DNA from: Syncephalis fuscata S228
Lineage: Eukaryota; Fungi; Zoopagomycota
Assembly (NCBI GenBank): GCA_025786725.1
Contig: JAHLTZ010000083.1
Coordinates: 1-32,020 of the forward strand
DNA: 32,020 nucleotides
Direction of reading: 5' to 3'
Under the pieces are notes generated by a model. That model was not told the origin of the DNA. It ran no database searches and saw only the letters and a program-made list of their open reading frames with translations. Numbering within the stretch: position 1 is the stretch's first letter; each line of letters opens with the position of its first letter. Shown here one piece after another: positions 1 to 13,972 of this stretch. Both the position numbers and the translations under genes were made by a program.

Positions 1-2151
1 AACGAATAGAGCTGCCTAGTATGTTATGTATGTCATTTTAACCTATAACATACTTCACGCTTAATCGGTTGAATCCTGTAACACGAATGCTATTCGTCAG
101 TTTATCACATTGTAAAGATACTGCTAATAATGATGTCTATTCAATATGAGCAATAGCAATAATGATTATTTGTATCACGGATGTAAAGAATGGTGTTTAA
201 ATAAAAGCATGGCTGTTGAATATTACACGAGTAGTTATTTATACGGAAGAATAACTGCATAGTACATTGGTCTTAGACGGTTTCAGGTGAGTCATGTTTT
301 ATTGCAAAAATTCGTAATCGTCACAATATAAGCCGGCCTTGCTGCTTTTGAACCAAGCATTATGTTTTTATCTCCTCTTGCTATTCTTTGTCGCTCGATA
401 TGACCTACGCCCCTTTCTCTTACCGCTGTTTGTTGCTCGATATGCTTATCATTTTTTAAATGTCCGATAATTACAAGACCGCAGCAACTTACTGTTTTAT
501 ATGCTTAAGTTTAGTAAATGAGCGTGTGAGGAGCAATGCGGTTGTGTTCTTTGGCTATGTGAGCACCATTAGATATATAGTAAACTAGACACTATATGAT
601 TTGGCAGCATGCATTCCAACATGCTGTATACGGTGTTAGACTGCACATAGCCAATAGGCCTTCTGTTCAGTGATATGGCGTTTGCTGTGTGTTTGTTTGT
701 GGTAATTGCATTGCTAAGTATTTGGTGTATGGGCAGTAAAGATCTTTAGATATCGCCTATAACTAAATTGACTTGGATGTGGTGGTAGGATTAGTTGCTG
801 TTTATATAACAGCCACTAGCTTGACCCTGTACGAACGTACATAGTGTTGCATACGGATAACGTATGCGATAGAGCCAGTGCGGTTGTGCGGGATGAGAGT
901 AGTGGTTTGTGCGGCTGGTTGAATAGCCTATTGTCGCGATGGTTCTGGGCTTCACGCGATATTTGGTACAGTGGTATTGCGGCCGGATGCTATGCCCAAC
1001 AGTTATTTCGGATGCTTAGCAATGTGATTATGCGGCAAGCATAATTGCTATAGTTTATTTACATGTATCGTTTGCTAATGTCACTTTTAATAGATATAGA
1101 TTCCAGGCATGGTTATATTCAGCAAGCATAGAATTGCAATACATCGTTTAGTCACTATTCTGTACCATTATCATTATACATGTGTATTTTTATGAATAAA
1201 TAAAGTTATTTTGCAAATATTACTGTTACAATCAGCTATATTTGATACAACTTCAGCACACTGCTTATCTTAATAGCAATAGTTTATTTAGTTAATTGTA
1301 TTATTTATTATGTTATTAGACAGCTTGTCAACAATTTAGTGTAATTCGGTAGTATTCTTACAGTTGCGATAACACTTAGTCTGTTAAAAGTGTAAAATGA
1401 ATTATTCACCAAATGTGTGTTAAACATTTTTTGCAAAAAGTGGGCAAATGTGCAAAATGGCTAGTACCTGAAAATAAACTCGGGCATGGTAGCACAATGG
1501 AAAAAAGATTATACGTTAAAGTTTGCAAATGCACCTTAAAATAATTGAACAACATGCAAGGGCTGTGCAGCTCATGTAACAGCTTGATAATTAAATGCAA
1601 CGAATGACAAAGAAGTAAATAAGCATGCAGGAAATAAAGTGGTGTAATACTACTGATTAGCATATAATTTACGCAATGTTGCGCGTATCGCTTGCTATGT
1701 TAACCAGATACTCAATATCAATTTAGTGAGTCATCCATCCGGAACAGCAATTGTGTAAAGAAAGTAAGACCAGTTTCACCTATACAAAATCGTCATTATG
1801 GCAGCAGCATGTTATGTGTATTGCTGTCGCGGCGACTTTTAACGCCATTAATATTACAGCGCCGATTAATTGATTAGTTCACAACAATCGGACCTTTAAT
1901 AAATAAAATAAAGTATGTTTAGTCTTGCTGGCAACTTAACGCGTTTTTATGCAGTTTTAGTGTATATTATTCATAAATAAAGCAATAGCAATACTCGCTG
2001 TATTCCGATAGACATCTGTAACTGTGTAACTAGTGCATTGTGAAAAGAGCAAACTAGCCAGCAGTCGTATGTGACCTTCCTTTTTATTCGCGGCTGCTGC
2101 GTATTTTCATTGTTGCATAGCAGATTCATATTGAAGCTATTGCCATTGAAT

Positions 2152-4097
2152 ATGCCATCGAATACAAATAGCTACCGTTTTTTTGAACACCATGACGTCG
2201 TGCTCTACATGCGGCGTTTTATGGATGATAAAGAGGTAGTCCTCCTGGCAAGTACTTGTCGTCTTCTGTATCGGACGATGGCCAATCGTCCCGACTATTG
2301 GAAGCGACAGTACAGACGGACGTTTTCATTAGGCGATCCAAAGGAACAAGAGTGGATCAAATGGTACAATTGGAATATGAATGCCATACCAAACTCTACT
2401 CCTTCATCGTCTACTTCTAGTCTTGAGCCTGCGTCATGGTTTCAAGCCTACCAGCGACGCCAACAGGTTGATTGCAACCTAATGGCAGGCCAATTCGAAA
2501 GAAGAAACTGCCAACTACCGGTCGATAAATGTGATCAACTGAAATTGGTTGATTTAAATCCTTGGCATGTGCTGGCACAAGACAAAGAAGCATCGAAGCT
2601 ATGGTCTATTCAGCATGGCTGTTTTGGCGATGATGATGAACACAGCAACGAAGAACTGGCCTGCAACGAGCTGACCATTCCTTTGCCCGCATCATTATTT
2701 ACCGGTCAACCTCGAATCAAGACTGTCTATGGAACACATCAGTTTGTGTTGGCTGGTGTTTTCATAGACACATATGAAGATTTAGCTTCCATTTACGCAT
2801 GCGATCCAATAAGCAAGTAGTAATGGCAATTTTAACGATAATACTAAATATTTATTAATACTGTTATATAGTGAGTATTGATGATATAGAAGCACAACAC
2901 ATATTAAAAAATGAGCTAGAAAATCCAGTTGCTTTATATGAACACACACCTACTATTTCAACAACCGAACCTTCAAAAGAACAAGAAAGTTGGCCGCAAA
3001 AGGTCATTTTAGTATGGTTTGTTACTGACTGCTCATCTCCAAAAGTTATTCAGCTTCAACGCGAAAATGGAGGAGTGCGCCATGAAGAGCGACTGGACTT
3101 GGCTGACATTTATAACGAATGGGTCCTTTTCCGCACCATCAATATCGAAGAACAATATTATCGATTCGATCTATTTGATTTGGATGGCAATCGATGGGTA
3201 CAAGGTCCAGCAGTAATCGATAACATTTCACGCGCCTGTATCCAATTCGCTTCTCCCGACAAATGCCAGTTTTTAACATGGACAGTAATGTCCGGATCTG
3301 CAAATGAGGCTGCTTCTACGGCAGCAGCAGCTCACCATTCCGAAACTATTGGCAGCGATCGTGAAAGAACGCACATCCAATGGGAGCTACTAGAGGCTCA
3401 GAAAGGTCATTTGCAGTGTAAGGCGATATTATCAGGTCAAATCGCCATTCCATACTGCCTGGACGTCATCATTAAGGTCGAGATGTATTCAAACAAAATG
3501 TGTTTAGTCATGGCAAAAAGCTTTTTCCATCCAAAATATGGCACTGTATTATCACTGCTCGTATTCGGAAAATTTGCATCGGACAATGTGCCAGAGTCAA
3601 TATTCGACTCCAGCGATTATTGCCAGTCACTGCCAATTGATAGCTCTAAACAAGGACGTATATTATGGCAGCGAAAGATAGATAGCGACAACATTACAAA
3701 GTTATTCAGCAAAAAACTGATTATTGTCAATACTGGTGAAAACTATAGAGTGCTGGATGCTTGCAGTGGAAATAGCCTGCTTGTAGTTATTTATCCGTAC
3801 CACGAAAGACTTGCGCCTTTCCTTGGGTCTTTGTGCGCCATGGTCGGCAACAAGATAGAGAAAATTTGGTTTACTGATATGAAAACCCGCCAGTATTACG
3901 AAGCACCGCCATGCCTTACTGGCAGACGAGTTCGTGACGCCAATGCCACAACTCGAGGTCTTGTTAGAGTAGAAACTAGCAACTTTCCAGGTTTTGAAAT
4001 AGAGCCTGAATGGTCAAACTATCATATATCAAGTGCCGTCTTTGGTCGAATTGCCAAGGAAGAAGGCAATGTTGTCTACAAAGCTTATATGTTATAA
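2152..4097 (+). CDS. F-box-like domain protein (~628 aa), two exons 2152-2812 and 2872-4097
   Basis: The N-terminus FFEHHDVVLYMRRFMDDKEVVLLASTCRLLYRTMANRPDYWKRQY has F-box-like spacing (L..TCR.L....W). The two long ORFs join in frame through intron 2813-2871 (GCAAGT...TATAG). The C-terminal region is not recognised. Confidence 0.7.
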
Positions 4098-4268
4098 AAA
4101 GCTTTAATTGCAAACTCTTATTGTAAATAAAATTTGTATTACATCTATTGAATATCCAAATTGAATAGTCCATTAAGTATGCAAAAGTAATACCATAATA
4201 ATAATGATATTTTTATTAGCAGTTTATTGGACACTTAGTGTAATTGGGGCAAATGAATAAACTTGATA

Positions 4269-5218
4269 ACATTCGCGTAATTGAACTACACATTTAATCT
4301 ATTGAACATGGGACAAGTGGTGAGTTTTACTTAATCATTACACCATCACATTTATTGTTTGTTTGATGGTAAATGACTAACAACTAATAACAACCAACCT
4401 ATTGAACATGATGATGGGTGGTGAGTGACATCAATCATCAAATACTCATCATCATAGATTCATTATCAGTATGCATATGTCCAGTATACATATATACTTT
4501 ATTCACTTATACCATTATTATTCTATGACATATTGGATACATTATATTTGCTATATATCCCGAATACATATGCTTTGATGAATAAATAAGTTGAAATAAA
4601 TATACTTTTATCAAGGATAAAGCTAGAACCAAACGGACAACGGCACTAGGTAGCACGTAGTTATTAGACAATAAAGCAATATAGCAATGTGATGAATATA
4701 CAAGATGAAGTGGCGATTAGCTATGTTAAAGCTACATTGCATATAGACTAGTAAGCGAATGAGCAACATTAGTCGGGCTTTATTAATAATAAGGCTAGAA
4801 CAAACATAAAAGCTGTTTTAGATAGAGGAAGGCTAGGTGAGCATGAAATGACATAGGATAGAATGAGTACACAATGGGAAGAGTGTGTATAATGCAATGA
4901 CGGGAATGAGCAAAGTATATTGGAACATATAAAAAATAGAATGTGTCTAGTATGTCATAGAGTATTATATAGTAGTATGTAATAGAATGGAAATGATATA
5001 AACACTAGTTATATGCATACTGATAATGAATCTACAATGATGAGTATTTGATGATTGATGTCACTCACCACCCATCATCATGTTCAATAGGTTGGATGTT
5101 ATTAGTTGTTAGTCATTTACCATCAAACAAACAATAAATGTGATGGTGTAATGATTAAGTAAAACTCACCACTTGTCCCATGTTCAATAGATTAAATGTG
5201 TAGTTTAATTACGCGAAT
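4269..5218. mobile_element. Non-autonomous DNA transposon / foldback-like element with ~208-bp terminal inverted repeats (copy 1)
   Basis: 4271-4478 is a near-perfect reverse complement of 5011-5218 (ATTCGCGTAATTGAACTACAC... / ...GTGTAGTTTAATTACGCGAAT). There is no long ORF inside. A near-identical second copy lies at ~18996-19832. Confidence 0.9.
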
Positions 5219-6685
5219 AACAATAAATATGATTATTTAACTGCAACTTTAACACAATTATTATTACTACAAACACCATGCTATTACTTTGCATGACTGG
5301 AACTATCATACACACTGCCTTCTTTCTCTACTACCATTCTCGCGGTCATTTCAGTATATAGCAAGGTTGGAGTAACTATATCTGTGTCATTTAACTTCTT
5401 TTAATTCTGTTTAATTAAATGAGACAGCTTTTCTGTTGGTTTTCACTATTATCAATATCAAGTAAACAATACATTAGCATTTAAATATCAATTGACACAA
5501 CTACGATAATCATCTATCATTGACACTGAAAGCAAACGTTTATCAATTCATTCACAATGTTGTATCGACTAAAAAGCCTTAACAAAACTTCAAATACAAA
5601 GAAAGAGTGTGAATGGCACATATCAAACAATGGAGCATGCGCTGCCACCACCATCACGACAATTACTGCAGTAATAGTACGAATAGTAGGAGAAACGAGA
5701 GCTTGTATCGGTGCGTATCAATAAGTAATCAACGCAAACAGAAATAAAAGAAAAAGAGAAATGAAGAGTAGAAGAAGAAAAACGCCGAAAGAAACAACAC
5801 GGAGAACAAACAAATGAACGAATAAGTAGATGTGTTATCGGTGTGGTGCGTATGTGCGTGCAACACTACACGGCTAGCGTGTAATATATGCTGAACAATA
5901 AAACCATATACAATCAAAAACAACATGCGATACAATCGACACGACTGAAATGTGATATGTATTGGAAGAATAATGGCCACAAAAGGGAGCGAAAAAAAGA
6001 TTAGGAAGCGACCAGCATGAAGATGGTAGCCGCAAAGCGAAAAGTAATATGATAACAAGCACATCGAGTGCCAAAACAACTTTCAACGTATTTAACATCG
6101 ATGACAAGCAGCATAAAAGGTGATACCTAGATAACTAGATAGCTAAAAAGTAGATAGAAATAGAGAAGCGAAACTAGACCGGATAGATTATCGTTGGTCG
6201 TTGATAGCATCAAGAATAAAAGTGGTAGGATCGGTAATGACTAGGACGTGGCCATAATGATAGTGGTGGTGGTGTGTGTTTAATAATGATGACAAGTGCG
6301 AGAGAAAAGGTATACACAACTGCCAGCAATTGTGCAGCTAGCCACAGCCAAAAAGGGACCTGCGACCAGCGCGGGCAAGTCCATTTGCGTATTCTAGATC
6401 TGTCACACGCGCAGAAATAGAATATTGCAAAGGACATTAACAATGGAGTCTAATAATATATAATAATAGTATAACGGTGGTATAAAAACTAATAAAGCGG
6501 TGACGTCCAAAGTTGACTTCCATAAGTAACAGAAAGAATAAAAACCAATACCAAGTGTATTATCATCGTAAAGATTAATAATGAATATGGTATTAATATT
6601 TGTATACTAATATAACTGAATAATGTATGAAAAGTCACGCTGCCGATAAACTAAAACAGCTGCGTACAGAAAAAAAATAACACCG

Positions 6686-9199
6686 TTACGTATGCTTAGG
6701 ACCGTCAAGTAGACTAAAGAATTCATCGGGTACCGAAGGTGTAAAGTCTTTGCCACCGCTGTTCTTGCCCCAACATACGCCCATTTCATTGTTTGATGGG
6801 ACGGAGAAAGGAAGCATATGAGCTGAATCCACGAGTTCCTGTACATCGTTAGGATCACCAGCACCTTCACCACGTGCATCACGATCTAGATCGCGTACAC
6901 TACGCACACTGCTAACTGTGCACAGATCGGCATCGTCGGTAGGCGGCTGTTCACCAGCAGGCAATGCTTGTTGTGCTGTTGCATCGGATACTGCTTCAAT
7001 GTAGCGACGAACATCGCCGGTAACACGGGCTTCACCGATTTCGTAGCGATACATGCGTACGGCACGCATTAACTGCAGTGCATTAAGTTGGTCAAGTGCC
7101 TTGATTGTTTCGACGTAGGCTTCAACTTCGCGTAATTGCGACATGCATTGCAAGAATTGCAAAAGCTGTGTGACGGGTGCAATACGTGTCAATAACGAGG
7201 TAGGCAAATGATTAGAGCGAACCCATGACTCAAGTTCAGACAGGTTCATTCGGATTTGCATAGCCTTTGAGCGACTGCATAATGCACGGTCGGTCAATAT
7301 ACCGTTAAATAGCTCGGAATTAATGTAGTAAAGCAGCTGTGTCGTCGCTTGGTGAATAAGCGATGGGTGAACTTCGTAAGTTTGTAGCACGAAAAGCGAC
7401 GAGCTTAGCAAGGCTGTCACTGATCGTGGTGTAACTGATGCTTGTGGCGTAAATGAGCGACGGAAAGAAATGCGTCGATTCATAGGACTAGACGGGCGAA
7501 TTGCATAACTGCCGCTAATTGTTTTTGACCGGTGAAGGAAGCGAGCATTGGCAGCACTTACGCTATCGTTGGCCGACGTTTGTGAGAAAGAATTGTCGTT
7601 TTTAAGGTTGAATAAAAAGCTGCGTCGACTTTCACGTTCAAACTTTAAATCCTCCAATGGAATCGGGTCGTGCATAAGAATGGCCGTATTGAGCACAGCC
7701 GATAGACGAGCTTGCACGTCACGTACCAATAAAATATACGTTTCTTGAATAATTTCGGATAATCGGCATTGATAATTGACGGTCACACCAACGAGACCGG
7801 CATCTTTCCGAAGATAGTAAAGTAGCTGTGTGCAATTAGATAGCCAAAAAGCAAGGAATGGCACCTCATTGCTACGGGCCTGTGTCATCTTGGAGATTGT
7901 TTCAACGGCAGTACCGAGTAATTCGTCCAATAAGTCCGACATGCCAAAGCTATTAGCGTAGCGTGCAGCCAAGAAAAGCACATTGGCTGGTGTGGCGCGC
8001 TTTTCACGCGAACACAGCGGCTTCATGTCGCGTACAAGAATGTCGATAAGCTTTTGTACGTGATTTGGTGAAAATACCAGCATTTGTGTAGGCAGGCAAT
8101 TTTCCCAGTCAAATTCAAGTGGAATATCGTCTTCGTCCTCCTCTTCATCGTCGAAACCAAGCGAATCAAGGTCCATATTAAGTTCGCTGGCATTGGCAAG
8201 TGCGCGTTTTAGTGCTGCCTCAGTTTCCATAACTGACATTTCTGGGTCAAATCCAATAGGCATAGCCTCGCCTTGCAAATAGTACGAGTTATCTTCGCGC
8301 CAGTTATAGCCAACAGGACTATTGCCGCGTAGACCACCGCCACGAGGTGACGCAAATGCTTCAATCAGCTTTTCGTTTGATGCACCTTCGTGGTTAAAGC
8401 CGTGTTTGACATATTGCAAGACTGTACGACCAGTAGCCGAACGCTTATTGGTAGATGCGCCATTATCAAGTAGTAACTTAACAATGCGCTCGTGGCTATT
8501 GTTTGTAGCCCACATAAGTGCACTCCAGCCAACTAAATATCAAGATAATAAACGTATATATTAGTTAGTTAATAATTTACTATCGCTTATTAATGTTATA
8601 GTATACGTACATCGATCTTGGGCATCAACATTGGCGCCGGCACGCAATAAAGCCTTAGCAACGTCCAAATAGCCGAAACAGGCCGAGTAGATGAGCGGTG
8701 TTGTGCCATCTTCATCCTGTGCATCCGGATCGATCCAGTGACGAGCATCGACGTTTTCAAGTAGCTCACAGACACGCTTATCATCGCCGCTTGAAGCAGC
8801 ACGCGATAAAAGACGCGACATTTTAGCACGCTTCATTTCGTCAGCCATTGATTCATCGGCTAAAATGTCGTGTTCATTGGCAAATTGATCTGGATCAACA
8901 ACGCCTGGTGTGCTATAATCGATTGGTTTGATTTCAAATGTGCTAATAGAAGTAGCAGCCGCCTCTTCATCAACAATATTGTTTTCATTTGAAATAGGAT
9001 CATCGCCAGATGCTGAAGACGAAGAGCTGTGATTGTCCAGTTCAGGTTCCGATAAAGCCAATTCAACATTAGATTCAGAATGTTGATCGTGGTGGTGGTG
9101 GTGTTCATGTTCAGACAACATTTTGTCACCAAAGGCAGTAGTGTCCATATTAGACACGGCAGTGATAACGTCTATAGTGCTGTCGGGTGACATACTCAT
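6686..9199 (-). CDS. Ankyrin-repeat + DIL (dilute) domain protein (~811 aa), exons 9199-8611 and 8532-6686
   Basis: Ankyrin repeats (DEDGTTPLIYSACFGYLDVAKALLRAGANVDAQDR-F-GWSALMWA) join across intron 8533-8610 (GTACGT...TAG). DIL-domain motifs are present: LAFWLSNCTQLLYYL, LFNGIL...CSRSKAMQIRMNLSELESW, LNALQL. Confidence 0.88.
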
Positions 9200-12100
9200 T
9201 TAAAACCGATAGCTGCAAATAATGCACTTAGGCAATAATTGAAATATTGCTAAACTGTAAAACCGGCTATTACTGCAAAACAACAAAACACAAATTGGTT
9301 CAGGTTATGCTGCTGCTGATAATAGCTGGTTGGTTACGATAAAGAATTGGTGTTGGTTGGTTAAGTTGATAAGTGACCGAGGCCGGCGGCACCGAGCTTG
9401 AACACTACTATGACTAGACAATACAACAAAAATAGTCAGTATTGGTAATTAGTAATTACGAGTATATCACTCTATCAGATGATGCATCAATAATAAGGCT
9501 AGGCAGGGGCCAATTTAAAGCAATTAAACTAACAAATAGCAATACGTGCCAGTATATGCTTACATACGCTATATATGTCCAAAAGAAAAAGAGATGACAA
9601 ATACAAGTCGTCAAAGTTTACAATAATTGTAGTGAAATAGACTAGAGGTTGCCAAGCGGAGTCAGCTCATGTCAAATAGGCGTTGAACCAAATAGCATTG
9701 CATGTTTTGTCGTCGTTGTTATGACGGCTATGTTTGTTGACAAATACTGCAAAACAAAAGAACAAAGAAGATATGACCCTTGTTTGTTCAACGTTACATA
9801 AAAAGGATGGAGTTATAGACTTGTGCGTTGTCTGTTACTCAGTAGGATATGCAGTAGTGTAGAAAGTTAAGATGACCATTAATAAAAAGCGACATGTAAC
9901 TACTCAGCAATTCAGCGGAGACTATAGTCTTGCCTATTATCGCCGCTCTATCACTTTGCCCGTCAAAAATAAACAATAACAATAGCCGTGATGACGACAA
10001 CGACGAAAAGTATGGCAAAAACACCTACCAATGCCAATAAAGTGAACGCAGTGGACGCAAGCGTCGATGCCGAATAATGAATAAGCGACAACAGGTGATG
10101 AACAATAAAAGATGGTACCAGTCAACGCAATGACCGATAAATCAGTAAAAAAAATTGAGATGATGTAGCCAGAACCGCTGTAGCTGCAAAGGGCGTCAGA
10201 AGGAAGAAGGAAAAGCAACTGCAGTCGTTCGTATCTCGCACTCACTTTCTTTCTTTCTTCTCTGTGTGGATTGAAATATTTCTCAATTGAGAAAGGCGAG
10301 GGGGAAAACACAAGCTTGGGTGGTGGATGAAGAATGAAGAATGAGTGACTGAGTGAATACATTCATAAGATTAATATAGATAATTCTATCTTTCACTCAT
10401 TCTCTGTAAAACTACAACAGGTCAACTGATAACTGCCCCAATTAAGCAGTCAGCCAGATTAATTATAACTATTCACATCATCCATGCGTTATCCTTGCTA
10501 TGATTACTCAAACAGTCTGAATTAATGGCACCATTGCCCAAAACTATGGAGTAAAAGCCTTTGTCGCCTTAATCAACCAACACTGAATCCATCATACCGG
10601 CTGTTGTTACCACTCTCTATTCCTCACTCTCTATCCTATGCATTATCGCTGCCATTCAAGGCATTGACATCATAATTATCTCCGCCACATGGAGTAGACA
10701 GTTATGATCAGCAACGAGGGGTTTGGTTGTACCAAGTAGGTCTGTGTGTCTCTCTTTCCAACATGCGGTAGCCATGTGAAGATAGAACAATACTTTACCA
10801 ATCTTACAATAAAATAGATTATCTTATTATCTTATTGTGATGGCTATAATTACTATAAGCTTTTCTATTGTGCTTATTTGTATGATTCACCAAAGTGCAG
10901 CCATCTAAGTTGTCTATTCAAATAGTAGAAATGAATAGTATGGCATGCAGTATAAATCAAGGGTGTCAAGTAATGTAATGACTGCTGTAGCATGTGGCAG
11001 TGCGTGCCTCTGTGTGCAGCAAATTGTTTTTTTAGTCAGGTGCGTGTCTGTGTATTGACACATGTCTATCGCGCTCTTTATGACGGCCACTGTGGTCACA
11101 ATAGCGCCCCTTTCAAGTTATAATCGATTATTGTATCCATGATCGAATTATGCTCGTACGAATATACAAATATCAACACTATACCACTTCTCTCATCCTC
11201 CTTATCCTCCTTTCCACTCATCGCTTGTTGTTTGATAGCAAGTACTTTGTTGATTATATTGAAAATAAACGAGATCCCAATCAACAACGCTTTTATAAAT
11301 AACTACTTACTTGTCCTTGAATGATGTGACGCCAAAAGTATCGGTCACAATAGCGAGAATAGTGCTCAAAATACGTCTATTCGATAAAACCAACAGTGTA
11401 ATAGTTAGAGCAGTGGCTGTAATAGTAGTAGAAATAGTAGAAGTTGTAAAGTAAAAGTTGTAGCAGTTGTAGTTGTAGTCGTTGTAGAGTAAGTAAAAGA
11501 AAGCTATTAGAAAGAGAAACAACTAGGCCTCCTTATGCACGTTAGCTGCGTGTGCAAATGTTGTAGTTATTTGCGGATGTATGACCACGCAAAAAACTGA
11601 TAACTAAGCACTGTAGCCACCACACCAATCGATATCAAGGTAGAGGATGTGTGAGGATGTGTGAATGGTCAATGAGTGGGTGACACGCTGCGTATTGATT
11701 CTCAATAAAATATGCGTGGTAATATGTGCGCGTGCGTGCGTGCCTGTCTGCTGTTGCTTTGCCTGTCTGTCTGTCTGTTGTTTGTCGTTCTTGTCGTTCT
11801 TTCTGTCTTCTGTTGGTAAAAACCGGTCAAAGTAAAGCACACGATAATTTGCTATCGTTGCTATTGTTACTGGTGATAGTAGTGTTGGGAACAAGAATAC
11901 CGATAATCGTTGTCATCAAATTGAGAAAATGGCTGCCCATTCAAGTTGAGCACATGAATACCGGCCTATTAAATAAAAAGTCCCCTTGACTAGAAATGGA
12001 TCGTAACGATGTATGTGTGTTGTGTGTTGTGTGTGCGTGTAGAGGTGCCCTTTCTCTTTAACTGCAGTGCCATATTTGGAATAGGCGGAGTTCAAGGATG

Positions 12101-12601
12101 TTTGTGTCGCGGGTACACGTGAAACTTTGGCAAACTCCTTGATTTCATTTGGGTGCCAGATTCATAACAATGACCTGTATAAACAGGAATATATAAGAAT
12201 GACACTGCTAACGATAAAGAGAAGAATATCAGTGATGAATTTTATCAATATCCATTGTACTTTTGGCCCTTATAAGTAACTTTGTATTCGGACTTTTACG
12301 ATAAACAAGACAAATAGCAAAAGAAAATCCCTTACAGCTTAATAAATAGCAAAACAAAGGACTATTCTCCTAAATACTGTTTTAGCCTAGTCTTTTACTG
12401 CCAAACACAGTATCGGCTTATTTTAAAAAGTATTCATGTTTTCTATTAATAAGTGCTTTTGTTCGTTTGACTGATGATTCAAGTATAATGCAATAAACAG
12501 TGCAAATAGTAGTAATAACTTTATTATAACCAATGACTATCAATGGATAGTATTACAAATATATAGAATATATATACATTAGTTTTAAATAGCAAACTAG
12601 C

Positions 12602-13972
12602 CTATCGTTGTTCTAAAAGCTGCATAAAATTCAGTGCTTTCCATCCTACGTCCATTGGAGGAAGCATTTGACCGGTACCAGGAAATGCAATTAATTGACG
12701 CTTAGATGTTGATGGTGCCAATAAAGCGCCTGTATCATTGCGTTTGACGATTCCAAGTGCCTGTTGCGTAGGATCCAGTGCTGCACGTTCGTCCAGTTCA
12801 CCATGAAATGCGAGTATTGGTACGTCTTTAATTGCATTGATTAGTCCAGCTTGACGATTAGCATCAATTCGCCAAAGTAGACGATAATCGCGTAAAAGAC
12901 CAGCCCGTCGCTCACCGCCCCAAGCAAAGCATGTCTCGTAGTGAATAAATAGTTTAATAGCTTCGGGATGATGCGCCAGTTCGTCAAACAAAGCGCTATT
13001 CGGCATAGGTAGTTTGGCGCGCAATAGCGGGTCAGTAAGGAATCGCTGCGAAAACTCTATGGTTGCAGCCATTCCTGAAATAATCCGATGCATTTGATAG
13101 GCGCGGATATTAGAAACAAGGTTTGTGCCGAATGTAAATAGCTCACTAGCCATGGCACGTAATGAACGAGTAAATGCTGGTCCTAATAACGCAGATATAA
13201 GCGTAACAGAATGGACACGATCGGGATATCGCGCTGCCAATGCCAATGCAGCTGTTGCGGATAAACGCCGCGCAACAAGATGTACTGGGCGCTTAACGCC
13301 AAGGCTATCAAGAAATGCAATTATAGCGTCGATCTCAGCATCAAGTGACGATACAGTAGTGCTACGCAAATAGCCTGGTCGACCAATTGATAAAAGTGAA
13401 AAATGTGCCAACTCCTTATTATCACCTTTTTTTGTTGCTAGCTCGGCCTCCGATACGACGGACGCTGGCTGAGTTATTTTTGATAACGGTGAGCCGTAAA
13501 TATCAGCTAGCATGGATAATTTACGTGCAAATATCTCATTTTCATCTAAATCTATAGCACAACAAGATTCTGTTGTTAGTGGCTTTTTTGTGCCTATTGT
13601 ATCGATATAGCCATCACTGCCACCACCACGTGAATGTTGCCACGCCCAAGCAAGCCATGACGCAAGCCAACGTCCTTCGATGTAGCCACCATCAAGACAG
13701 ACGACAACTGGATGTGCCATCACTTTAGCAGGATCGGGTGCCCCTTTCGAAAAGCTCGGACTTGCTCGTAAAAATGGTAAAGGAAATTCATCACAGACAT
13801 CAAATGTATACTGCAGTTGTACTGGAGACCGTTGCTGACCCACTACAAGCGGTGGTAGTGTCATACTACGCTGGTTGTATGTCATTAGCTGGTGTGTAAA
13901 AGCTGAATGACGACGTAAATGTCGAAATGACATGACAATTTGTTGGTAGAAGGAGGGCATTTGAGTAGACAT
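12602..13972 (-). CDS. Alpha/beta-hydrolase-fold protein (~456 aa), probably catalytically inactive
   Basis: Intronless ORF with RPGYLRS, LDSLGVKRPVHLV-ARRLS-ATAALALAARYPDRVHSVTLIS and VPILAFHGELD, which follow the Abhydrolase_1/6 pattern. The GxSxG elbow and the catalytic His position are substituted. The start at the first in-frame ATG is assumed. Confidence 0.75.
   Translation of the reverse strand: MSTQMPSFYQQIVMSFRHLRRHSAFTHQLMTYNQRSMTLPPLVVGQQRSPVQLQYTFDVCDEFPLPFLRASPSFSKGAPDPAKVMAHPVVVCLDGGYIEGRWLASWLAWAWQHSRGGGSDGYIDTIGTKKPLTTESCCAIDLDENEIFARKLSMLADIYGSPLSKITQPASVVSEAELATKKGDNKELAHFSLLSIGRPGYLRSTTVSSLDAEIDAIIAFLDSLGVKRPVHLVARRLSATAALALAARYPDRVHSVTLISALLGPAFTRSLRAMASELFTFGTNLVSNIRAYQMHRIISGMAATIEFSQRFLTDPLLRAKLPMPNSALFDELAHHPEAIKLFIHYETCFAWGGERRAGLLRDYRLLWRIDANRQAGLINAIKDVPILAFHGELDERAALDPTQQALGIVKRNDTGALLAPSTSKRQLIAFPGTGQMLPPMDVGWKALNFMQLLEQR

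Noticed and set aside
400-1044. Hydrophobic peptide fragments and a 66-aa ORF suggesting a membrane-protein gene
   Set aside because: Fragments are interrupted by stops, I could not build a consistent splice model, and no family is recognisable. It may be a relic.
5300-6600. Short hydrophobic - strand ORFs (5729-6079, 5874-6107, 6210-6443)
   Set aside because: Low-complexity purine-rich sequence downstream of the DIL gene with no recognisable motifs. Likely UTR or intergenic.
9200-12600. Short ORFs and simple repeats in the long intergenic region
   Set aside because: The ORFs are compositionally biased with mostly non-ATG starts. Probably promoter or 5' UTR sequence, and no supportable gene model.
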